DNA of 64,000 bases. It comes from Candidatus Latescibacterota bacterium. Its GTDB lineage: Bacteria > Latescibacterota > UBA2968 > UBA8231. The position numbers and the translations under genes are program-made. The DNA lies in NCBI GenBank assembly GCA_965215195.1, contig CBDCDC010000002.1:4177693-4241692 (forward strand). The letters run 5' to 3'. Below are positions 15,829 through 23,825 of this stretch, piece by piece. Position 1 is the stretch's first letter. Each line of letters begins with the position of its first letter. The notes beneath the pieces were generated by a model. That model had not been told where the DNA came from. It made no database searches and saw only the letters and a list, made by a program, of their open reading frames with translations.

Positions 15829-18800
15829 CTAAGTGCTGCGATCCATCAGGGTATAGACCACGGGAATGAGCACCAAGGTCAGCAGGGTGGATACCAACAG
15901 CCCGCCGATGACGGTAATGGCCATGGGTGCGCGGATCTCGGCCCCCTCGCCCAGCCCCAAGGCCATGGGCAACAGCCCGAGAGCGGTGGTTGAGGTCGTC
16001 ATCAGAATGGGCCGGAAGCGCACCTCGCCAGCGCGCAACACCGCGGCGAATTTTTCCATGCCCTCGTCGCGGCGCAGGCGGTTGATGTAATCGACGAGCA
16101 CGATGGCGTTGTTGACGACGATGCCAGCGAGCATGATCAGGCCAATGAGCACTACTACGCTGATGGTGGTGCCGGTCGCGAGCAGGCCGAGGGCGCTGCC
16201 GATCAGGCCGAGGGGGATGGTGAACATGATGACCAGCGGGTGCAACAGCGATTCAAATTGCGAGGCCATCACCAGATAGACCAAGAATACGGCCAATAGC
16301 AGGGCGAATTTCATGCTGTCAAAGGAGCGCACCATTTCCTCGTTCTGGCCGCCGATCGACACGGTGAAGCCCTCGGGCAGGGGCAAGTCGGCGAGGGTGG
16401 TTTCGATCTCCTCTGCTACGCCGCCGAGGTCGCGCCCATCGAGGTTGGCCGAGATGACCGCGACGCGCTCTTGGTCGAGGCGGCGGATCTCGGCGGGGCC
16501 GTCCACGGCTTGCACGTCGGCGACCGATTCGAGCGCGACCGGCACCGGGTAGGAGGCCGGGCTGACGACCATCTGCTTGAGGTCGGCGACGGTCTGGCGC
16601 TCCTCCTCGAGCGAGCGGACCCGGATATCGACCTTGCGGTCGCGGCGCGCCAGCTCGGTGGCCACGTCGCCTTGCAGTTTGTTGCGCAACAGCTCGCCGA
16701 TATTCTGCACGGTAGTGCCCAACTCGGCGACGCGCCGGCGGTCGAAGAAAATTTGGATTTCGGGTTGGCCGCCGGCCGTGCTCGAGCGGATGTCGGTCAG
16801 CCCGGGAATGGTGTGCATGCGCTCGACCGCTTCGTCGGCCAACAGATCGAGGGTGCTTAGACTGTAGCCGCTGATTTCCACCTCTATCGGGGTGCGGAAG
16901 GAAAAATACGTCGGCCGCGAGAATTTGAACTTCAGTTCGGGGATGCGCCCGAGGAGGCCGCGCACCGCTTCGATGGCTGCGTCTTCGCCGACTTCCGGCG
17001 CGAGCCGCACGTGGAGGTGAGCGGTGTGTTCCTTTTTATCCGCGGCCGTGCCGCCGGCTTGGGCACTGCTGCCGACGAGGGCAAAGACCGAGGCGATGCC
17101 ATCGAGACTGCGGACCTGCCGGTCAATGGCGGCGACTTGGGCGGCGGTCTGCTCCAGCGGGGTGCCAGCGCGCCATTCCAAATCCACGAGGAATTCGCCC
17201 TGGCTCATCTCTGGGATCAGCTCTAGCCCGAGGCCGCGCGCCCGCTCGAAAACCAAGGCCCCCAGCGCGATAAAGACGGCGAGGACCAGCAAGCGGCGGC
17301 CCAGTGCCCAGCGCAAAAGGAGCGGATACGCTTTGTTGAGCGCGTTGAAGACGAGGTCGAACAGCCAGTACAGGGGAAAAAGCAGGGTGGAGAAGACGCG
17401 ACCGATGCCGCGCGCTAGGGCGCGGATCAGCCGAATGAGCAGCGCGGGGCCTTGGAGTCCGCGTTTGGGACCGATCTCTTCCCGCTCGGCAATCATGCGC
17501 TCGAGGCTCAGCGACGAGAGCATGGGGATTAGCATCAAGGCGACCACGAGGGAGGCGACCAGCGAATAGGTGACGGTCAGGGCCTGATCGCGGAAGAGCT
17601 GGCCGGCAACGCCCTCGACGAAGACGATGGGCAAAAACACGCAGATGGTGGTGGTGGTGGCGGCGATGACGGCGCGGCCGACCTCGCTGGCACCGCGCAC
17701 GGCCGCGGCTAAGACATTGAGCCCTTGGTCGCGGTAGCGCTGCACGCTTTCCAAGACCACAATGGAGTTGTCAACCAGCATTCCGACTCCCAAAGCCAGC
17801 CCGCCCAGCGACATGATGTTGAGGCTCACGTCCGAGCCGAACATCAGGAAAAAGGTCGCCACCACCGAGAGGGGGATCGAGAGGCCGATGATGGCCGTAC
17901 TTTTGAGGTCGCGGAGGAAGAGGAAGAGCACGATGACGGCGAGGATGCCGCCGAGGATGGCGGTGTTGAGTACCTCGTCGACGGCCTGCTGGATAAAGGT
18001 CGCCTGATTGAAGACCACTTCCATGCCGCTGTCTTGGAGTAGCGTGACATTCTCGGCGAGAAATTCGTCCAAGCGTTCTTGGACCGCGGTGCTGACTTGA
18101 ACGGTGTTGGCGTCGCCCTCCTTGAAGACCGAGACCTCGACGCCCTCGCGCCCATTGATGCGGGTGACGAGGTCGCGCTCGCGGTGGCCGCGGAAGACGC
18201 GACCCACGTCCTTGAGCTTGATCGGCGCACGGTCGATCTGACCGACGACGATTTCGCCTATTTCGTCAATGCCTTGGAACTCGTTGAGGGTGCGGACGAG
18301 GAACTCGGCCTCGCCATCCTTGAGCATCCCGCCGGTCAGGTTGACGTTTTCCGCGGCGAGGCGACTGGTGACTTGGCTAATGGAGATGCCGAGGTAGGCG
18401 AGGCGCTGGGCTTCGACCTCGACTTGAATTTCTTCTTCTAGGCCGCCGTTGATTCGGACCGCGGCTACGCCTTCGAGGCTTTCGAGGTCGGGACGCAGCC
18501 GCTCTTCGGCGACGCGCCGCATCTCCATCAGGCTCAACTTGCCGTAAAACGCCAAGCGCATTATGGGGTCGAGTGAGGGGTCGAAGCGCAAGAGGATGGG
18601 CTTGCTGGCGTCGCGCGGGAGGTTGGACAAATCGAGCTTTTCGCGGATGTCGAGCGAAGCAAAGTCCATGTTGGTGCCCCAGCCGAACTCTACTACCACA
18701 TCGGAGATGCCCGGCCGCGAAATCGACGAGACGCGGACCACGTTGCTGACCACGCCGACCAAGCCCTCGACCGGCTCGGAAATGAGGCGCTCGATTTCGA

Positions 18801-18969
18801 GGGGTGCCACGCCCTCGTATTCGGTGCGGACGGTGATGGTGGGATAGGTGATGTCCGGGAGGAGGTTGACTGCGAGGCGCGAAAAACCCACGCCGCCAAA
18901 GGCGATGATCGCCACCATCAGCATCGCCACTGTGACGCGGCGGCGAGTGGAAAACTCGACTAGTTTCAC
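15829..18969 (-). CDS. RND (AcrB/HAE1-type) efflux transporter, first paralogue
   Basis: N-terminus MKLVEFSTRRRVTVAML, 1046 aa, typical RND repeats. The GTG start overlaps the adaptor stop (GTGA). Confidence 0.9.
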   Translation of the reverse strand: MKLVEFSTRRRVTVAMLMVAIIAFGGVGFSRLAVNLLPDITYPTITVRTEYEGVAPLEIERLISEPVEGLVGVVSNVVRVSSISRPGISDVVVEFGWGTNMDFASLDIREKLDLSNLPRDASKPILLRFDPSLDPIMRLAFYGKLSLMEMRRVAEERLRPDLESLEGVAAVRINGGLEEEIQVEVEAQRLAYLGISISQVTSRLAAENVNLTGGMLKDGEAEFLVRTLNEFQGIDEIGEIVVGQIDRAPIKLKDVGRVFRGHRERDLVTRINGREGVEVSVFKEGDANTVQVSTAVQERLDEFLAENVTLLQDSGMEVVFNQATFIQQAVDEVLNTAILGGILAVIVLFLFLRDLKSTAIIGLSIPLSVVATFFLMFGSDVSLNIMSLGGLALGVGMLVDNSIVVLESVQRYRDQGLNVLAAAVRGASEVGRAVIAATTTTICVFLPIVFVEGVAGQLFRDQALTVTYSLVASLVVALMLIPMLSSLSLERMIAEREEIGPKRGLQGPALLIRLIRALARGIGRVFSTLLFPLYWLFDLVFNALNKAYPLLLRWALGRRLLVLAVFIALGALVFERARGLGLELIPEMSQGEFLVDLEWRAGTPLEQTAAQVAAIDRQVRSLDGIASVFALVGSSAQAGGTAADKKEHTAHLHVRLAPEVGEDAAIEAVRGLLGRIPELKFKFSRPTYFSFRTPIEVEISGYSLSTLDLLADEAVERMHTIPGLTDIRSSTAGGQPEIQIFFDRRRVAELGTTVQNIGELLRNKLQGDVATELARRDRKVDIRVRSLEEERQTVADLKQMVVSPASYPVPVALESVADVQAVDGPAEIRRLDQERVAVISANLDGRDLGGVAEEIETTLADLPLPEGFTVSIGGQNEEMVRSFDSMKFALLLAVFLVYLVMASQFESLLHPLVIMFTIPLGLIGSALGLLATGTTISVVVLIGLIMLAGIVVNNAIVLVDYINRLRRDEGMEKFAAVLRAGEVRFRPILMTTSTTALGLLPMALGLGEGAEIRAPMAITVIGGLLVSTLLTLVLIPVVYTLMDRST

Positions 18970-20252
18970 TCGCCCCTACCTTGCCAGCGCCGCGGTGGCG
19001 ACCCGCCGCCCTGCTCGCGCAGTGCGCGCAGAACTTGGCGCAAGCTGTCGGGCAGGGGCTTGCCCGCACGGCGGTACTCGGCTATGACTTGGCGCAAGCT
19101 GTCGGGCAGGCCGCCCGGCCCGCCGCCCCTAGCCCCGGGCGGGCGGGCGCCTTCGCTTGGGGATGCGGCCAATTCCGCCGGAGCCGGTAGGCCCTCGCCG
19201 GCCAAGCGCACAGCCGCACCGTCCTTGAGGCCCTCGTGGCCAATGGTCACTACTTGGTCGCCTTCTTTGAGGCCAGAGACAATCTCGACTTGATCGCCCT
19301 CGACAAAGCCCAACTCCACGGCGACCCGCCGAACGGTGCCGTCCTCGATGAGGAAGACGTCGTCCTCGTCGGTTTCGAGGACTAGGGCCTTCTTGGGGAT
19401 GATCAAGGTGTGGGGCCGCCGCTCGGTAATAATGCGCACCGTGGCGAACATCCCCGGTTTGAGGACGCCGGCACTGGCGACTTCGAGGGTGACCTTGACG
19501 GTGCCGCTGGCGGGATTGACCTCTGGATTAATCATGCGGATGCGGCCGCGGAAGCTCGTGTCGGGCAGGGCCTCAACCGCGATGGTCGCCTCTTGGCCGG
19601 GGTGCAACTGGTACATGCGCTGCTCGGGCGCGAAAATTTTCACCAGCAGCGGGCTGAGGTCGGCGATGACAAAGACTTCTTGGTTGCTGCGAACTAGGTC
19701 GCCCAGTTCGACCAACCGCTCGGTGACAACGCCTGCAATCGGCGCGGCAATGTTCGCGTACGTGAGATTGAGCTGGGCTCCTTCGAGGGTCAACTTGGCA
19801 TTGTCCAAGCGGAGGCGGGCCGTCTCGTATTCGGATTGGCTGACCATGCTGCGCTCGTGCAGCGCCTTGATGCGGTCGTAGTTGGTGCTGGCGTCGGCAA
19901 GAGCCTCTTCGGCTTGACGCCAGTTCAGGCTCAATTCGTCCTTGTTGAGGCGGACCATCGCTTGCCCTTGATGCACTCGGTCGCCCTCTTCGGCCGCTAG
20001 CTCCTCGACTAGGCCAGTCGTGCGCGCCAAGACGCTGACTCGGCGCTCGGCTTCGAGGCGGGAATACGTCTCGATGTAGGCATTCATGTCGCCGCGAGTG
20101 ACCTTTTCGCCTTTGACCGGAATGGCCGCTGCTTCGCGCCCGCCCCAACCGCCGCGCCCGTAGCTGGCGGGTTGCTGTGCTTCCTCCTCGCCGCAGCCTA
20201 GCGCGAGGAGCAAGACGCTGCCGATGGACAGCGCAGATTGGCGAGCGGTCAT
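18966..20252 (-). CDS. RND efflux periplasmic adaptor (MFP/HlyD family), lipoprotein
   Basis: Lipobox LLLALGCG. Barrel-sandwich and coiled-coil motifs (ITAPIAGVV-type NIAAPIAGVVTERLVELGDLV). The C-terminal tail carries a duplicated PDSLRQV unit. Confidence 0.85.
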   Translation of the reverse strand: MTARQSALSIGSVLLLALGCGEEEAQQPASYGRGGWGGREAAAIPVKGEKVTRGDMNAYIETYSRLEAERRVSVLARTTGLVEELAAEEGDRVHQGQAMVRLNKDELSLNWRQAEEALADASTNYDRIKALHERSMVSQSEYETARLRLDNAKLTLEGAQLNLTYANIAAPIAGVVTERLVELGDLVRSNQEVFVIADLSPLLVKIFAPEQRMYQLHPGQEATIAVEALPDTSFRGRIRMINPEVNPASGTVKVTLEVASAGVLKPGMFATVRIITERRPHTLIIPKKALVLETDEDDVFLIEDGTVRRVAVELGFVEGDQVEIVSGLKEGDQVVTIGHEGLKDGAAVRLAGEGLPAPAELAASPSEGARPPGARGGGPGGLPDSLRQVIAEYRRAGKPLPDSLRQVLRALREQGGGSPPRRWQGRGE

Positions 20253-20349
20253 CTGGAGCAGGCCCTAGTTGTGTGTGTTTTGTCCACGGGGTTCCTTTCT
20301 TTTGCGGGGTCGTCAAGAGAGTATAGAGGAGGCTTCGATCCTTGTCAAT

Positions 20350-20369
20350 AAAACTGACTGGTCAGTTTT
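20350..20369. promoter_or_regulatory. Perfect palindrome AAAACTGAC-TG-GTCAGTTTT, TetR-type operator candidate upstream of the RND operon
   Basis: 9-bp perfect inverted arms with a 2-bp spacer, about 100 bp upstream of the adaptor ATG, in a locally AT-rich stretch. Confidence 0.5.
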
Positions 20370-20486
20370 ATTTAGCTATACTATCCATTAGACCATCGCT
20401 TGATTCTATTCATTCCCGTGCGTTTCATTTTTTTGCCGCTGCCGCACGATGGCAGGGTACACGACTGCGCCGGGCGTAGTATCTAG

Positions 20487-20655
20487 TCGGGGATTCACTT
20501 AGGCGGGGTGTTGGGGAAGACCGGGATGACCTACGACAAACTCGCCGGTTTTTGCTTGGAGACCCAACACTACAACCAACCGAGCTTTCCGTCGGTGGTG
20601 TTGCGGCTTGGGGTGCGCTAGCGGTCGGTGACGGGGTATAGGTTTTTGGTGACTT
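20487..20655 (+). pseudogene. 3'-terminal remnant of an aldose 1-epimerase (galactose mutarotase)-like gene
   Basis: Translation GKTGMTYDKLAGFCLETQHYNQPSFPSVVLRLGVR-stop resembles the mutarotase C-terminus (..Y..xxGxCLETQxxPDSPNxPxFPSxxLxPGE). A shifted frame then reads RSVTGYRFLVT-stop. No 5' body is present. Confidence 0.45.
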
Positions 20656-21973
20656 AGGGCTGCTTTTCCAAGGCCGCCAACCGCTCTGCCAAGTCCGTAG
20701 GGACGGCGAATATCATGGGTCGGCCCTTTTTGACCATTTCGAGGACGCCGCGTTCTACGAGGTCCAACAAATCGGTTCGCGCTGTCTGGTGGACGACGGC
20801 GTGGCTTTGTTGGTGGCTGGCGATGGTATAGCGTTGTCCTGGATTGCTCAGGGCGTGGCGGATGAGTGCGACCTGCCGGTGGTTGAACAGCGCAAGTGCT
20901 TGGATATCCTGCTCTGCTTGGCGCAGTTGAGCCGCTTTTCTCTCGATGTAGCGGTGTAACTCACCTATAGCTTGGGCAATCACCTCGGTCTGGGCAACCA
21001 AAAAGTAGGTCAAGTCGTTGTCGTCCGTCTCGGTGTACAAAAACGAACGGCCGTATTTCACCGGTGCCTTGCGCAGAATAGTAGAAATCGAAATAAACTC
21101 GAAGAGCCAATAGCCGCTCCGCAGCATGGACCAGTAGAAAAGCGCCCTTGCGGTCCGCCCGTTGCCATCGACAAATGGATGGTCGTAAGCCAACCAGAAG
21201 TGCAAAATTATGGCCCGCACAGTCGGGTGAATGAAGTGGCTAGGCGTTTCGCCATTGGCAAAATCACACATGGCGTTCATCCGCTCCGCCAGTTCACCAG
21301 CGGACGGCGGGTCGTGAAAAATTTGGCCGGAATCATCGCCGACGACGCATCGCTCATCGGGCCTGCGGAAGCGACCTGCTGCTAGGGTATCGGCGGTGAT
21401 TAGACGGTGGATCTCCAACACAAGCTCCGGCGAGAGAGCCGAGGATTTTAACTCCCGGATGCGCTGCATAGTCAGATAGTTGTTCAAGATCATCTGCTCA
21501 CTCGTATCGTGCGGGCGGCGGCCCGTGCGGATCATATCTTTGGCTACCTCGCGCGTAGTCGCCGCACCTTCGAGCTGACTCGAAGTGATGGCTTCTTCCA
21601 TCAGTGAACGCACCAAATAGCGGTCGCGAGTCTGAGGATTGACAATGGGTTCCGGTATGCTCACCAGCCCGCCCGTGCCCAAATCAATCTGGTGTAACTC
21701 CTGCAAGACTCCCTCTGGCACGGCAAACTGGAACGGCCTTCCTTCCTTGTCTTTGAGGCTGATCGGTTGCAGCGCGTTGATGCGAAATATCTTCAATGCC
21801 AGCCACCACTCGCGGTGGGAAAAGTTCTCAGGCGGCGGGCGATACCGGACTTTATCCCAATGCAGGTAGTGTCCAGCGCCAGTCCGCATACGGCGGGCAA
21901 GCTGAAGCATCCGCTCTGGCGAGACTTCGGCTATCAGGTCTTCGAGCTTGGGAGGGGACTGAGGGAGATTCAT
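20654..21973 (-). CDS. Fic-family protein (AMPylase-type) with an N-terminal inhibitory motif and a C-terminal wHTH-like region
   Basis: Fic motif HPFVDGNGRTARAL. An upstream SSQLEG matches the (S/T)xxxE(G/N) auto-inhibition helix. Start set at MNLPQSPP (ATG 21973). Confidence 0.85.
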   Translation of the reverse strand: MNLPQSPPKLEDLIAEVSPERMLQLARRMRTGAGHYLHWDKVRYRPPPENFSHREWWLALKIFRINALQPISLKDKEGRPFQFAVPEGVLQELHQIDLGTGGLVSIPEPIVNPQTRDRYLVRSLMEEAITSSQLEGAATTREVAKDMIRTGRRPHDTSEQMILNNYLTMQRIRELKSSALSPELVLEIHRLITADTLAAGRFRRPDERCVVGDDSGQIFHDPPSAGELAERMNAMCDFANGETPSHFIHPTVRAIILHFWLAYDHPFVDGNGRTARALFYWSMLRSGYWLFEFISISTILRKAPVKYGRSFLYTETDDNDLTYFLVAQTEVIAQAIGELHRYIERKAAQLRQAEQDIQALALFNHRQVALIRHALSNPGQRYTIASHQQSHAVVHQTARTDLLDLVERGVLEMVKKGRPMIFAVPTDLAERLAALEKQP

Positions 21974-22004
21974 GGAAAAGTCAATTAAGGAACAGGTTAA
22001 TACT

Positions 22005-22087
22005 AATGAATTACTAATTAATACTAAATTAGTAATAAGAAAAGAGAGCAATGTCAATGAATTACTAATTAATACTAAATTAGTAAT
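22005..22087. repeat. Two copies of a 32-bp AT-rich unit (22005-22036, 22056-22087), each containing the palindrome ATTACTAATT-N7-AATTAGTAAT
   Basis: Read directly. The units are identical and spaced 51 bp start to start, immediately upstream of the Fic start codon in the Fic/DUF151 divergent intergenic region. Confidence 0.85.
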
Positions 22088-22218
22088 TAAACTCCCGCGA
22101 TTGAGCGTATTCGTCGACGTTGCAATCCGCGTCCCGTTCGCTTTTGCAGGCCGCAGCCACAGCCCCTATAATTGGGCCGTGTGCAAAAAACCCAACACCG
22201 CAAAACAGGAGCGATGTC

Positions 22219-22686
22219 ATGCAACAGCTCCTCGTGGCCTTGGCGGCCCTTGCGCTGGCCGCCTGTGGCCGAGAACCCCCCGCTGATCTCATCCCCGCCC
22301 GAATTGTCGATGTGCGCGACTTCGGTGCCGATGGGGTGGCCGTCGTGCTCAAAGGGGACGACGTGCCGCCGTTGCCCATCATCATCGGCCACTGCGAGGC
22401 GCGGGCGTTGGTCGGGGCCATGCGGGACGAAGATTTCCCGCGCCCGCTCGCGTACGATCTGTTGGAAGCGATGCTGGAGAAGCTGCAAGGCGAGGTGATG
22501 CACCTCGTCGTCCACAGCATTGAGGACAACACCTTTCACGCCAACTTGTACATTGAGACCGCGGCTGGCGAGTGGGTGCTCGACTGCCGGCCCAGCGACG
22601 GCATGGTGCTGGTGACGCGCCTCGGAGCACCCATCTACTTGCGGCCGCGGCTTTTTGAACCCAAAGACCTAAGCCCACAGGTATAA
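22219..22686 (+). CDS. DUF151 bifunctional nuclease-domain protein with a lipoprotein signal
   Basis: PLPIIIGHCEARALVGAM...PRPLAYDLLEAMLEKLQGEV..VVHSIEDNTFHANLYI matches the BFN/DUF151 pattern. N-terminus MQQLLVALAALALAACG carries a lipobox. Confidence 0.7.
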   Translation: MQQLLVALAALALAACGREPPADLIPARIVDVRDFGADGVAVVLKGDDVPPLPIIIGHCEARALVGAMRDEDFPRPLAYDLLEAMLEKLQGEVMHLVVHSIEDNTFHANLYIETAAGEWVLDCRPSDGMVLVTRLGAPIYLRPRLFEPKDLSPQV

Positions 22687-22691
22687 TCAAC

Positions 22692-22709
22692 GTGGTCAGT
22701 GGTCAGTCC
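22692..22709 (+). repeat. Stop-proximal heptad-like motif, copy 2 (GTGGTCAGTGGTCAGTCC)
   Basis: Begins 5 nt after the DUF151 stop. Can pair, with G-U wobbles, with CACTGACTGCTGGCCA at 22738-22753. Confidence 0.5.
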
Positions 22710-22789
22710 CTGCCTCGCTCTAGGGGGTGGAACTAAGCACTGACTGCTGGCCATTCCACTAGCTAACCACCAACCGCGAGGAGGGTGCC

Positions 22790-23791
22790 GTGGCCTATCG
22801 CGTCGGCCTCGTGGGCACGGGTGGCATTGCCCGCGCCCACGGCAAGGCCTGCCAGCAGATCGCCGAAGCCGAACTCGTCGCTGTCTGCGACGTGTCCGCA
22901 GAGCAGCTAGCGCGCTACGGCGAGGAGTTCGGCGTTGCCGCGCGCTATACCGAACTCGACGCCATGCTGCACGCGGCCGAGCTGGACATTGCCATTATCT
23001 GCACTTGGGGTGCCTTTCACGCGGAGACCGGGATCCGCATCTGCGATTCGGGACGGGTAAAAGCCGTGCTCTGCGAAAAACCCTTCACCCAAAACGCCGC
23101 CCAAGCAGCGGCCTTTGCCGCGGCCGGCCGGAAAAACCGCGTCCTCGTGGCCGAGGCGTTTAAGTTTCGCCATCACCCCATGCACTTGCGGGCCAAGGCC
23201 ATGATCGACGCTGGCGCAATCGGCGACCTAGTCGGCGTGCGGAGCACGTTTTGCACCAGTGCCGGAGGCGCACTCAAAGAGCGCACACCCGAGTCGAATT
23301 GGCGCTTCAACAAGGCCAAAGGCGGCGGCAGCATGTACGACTTGGCCTGTTACAACATTCACCACGCGCGGTTTGTGTTTGGCCAAGAGCCGGAGCGGGT
23401 GTTTGCCGCACAGCAGCCGGGCTTGGAGACCGACGATGCCGCGTCGATTGTGCTCGTCTTTTCCGGGGGCCGCACCGCGCAGATCGCCGTAGGGTTTAAT
23501 GCGTTCAGCTCGCAGTACGCGGAAATTTCCGGGCACCGCGGGATGCTGCGACTAGACCAAGTGTGGAACAACGAGAATCGGGCCGTGGCCATAGAGCATC
23601 GCACGCCGAGCGGGGCGGAGGTCGTCGAATTCGCGCCTTGCTTTCAGTTTGCATTGCAGTTGCAGCACCTGTGCGAATGCTTGGCCGAGGGACGGGAGCA
23701 TCGGATCGCGCCGGAGCACAGCGTCGCGCAGATGCGGGTGTTAGACGCGGTGAAGGAGTCTATGGAGACCGGGCGGGCAGTGGAGTGTTAG
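22790..23791 (+). CDS. Gfo/Idh/MocA-family NAD(P)-dependent oxidoreductase
   Basis: N-terminal Rossmann fold YRVGLVGTGGIARAH and the EKP motif (VLCEKPF). GTG start. Confidence 0.8.
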   Translation: MAYRVGLVGTGGIARAHGKACQQIAEAELVAVCDVSAEQLARYGEEFGVAARYTELDAMLHAAELDIAIICTWGAFHAETGIRICDSGRVKAVLCEKPFTQNAAQAAAFAAAGRKNRVLVAEAFKFRHHPMHLRAKAMIDAGAIGDLVGVRSTFCTSAGGALKERTPESNWRFNKAKGGGSMYDLACYNIHHARFVFGQEPERVFAAQQPGLETDDAASIVLVFSGGRTAQIAVGFNAFSSQYAEISGHRGMLRLDQVWNNENRAVAIEHRTPSGAEVVEFAPCFQFALQLQHLCECLAEGREHRIAPEHSVAQMRVLDAVKESMETGRAVEC

Positions 23792-23825
23792 GGAATTAAA
23801 ACTTTAACCAAAGAAAGGACGAATC

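Noticed and set aside
19034-19110. Exact 23-bp repeat CTTGGCGCAAGCTGTCGGGCAGG at 19034-19056 and 19088-19110.
   Set aside because: It lies in frame inside the adaptor gene's disordered C-terminal tail, where it encodes a duplicated PDSLRQV unit. It is a coding micro-duplication rather than a regulatory or mobile element.
22005-22087. Considered whether the AT-rich direct repeats could be a miniature CRISPR array.
   Set aside because: There are only two repeat copies, a 19-bp spacer-like gap, internal palindromes typical of operators, and no cas genes in the window.
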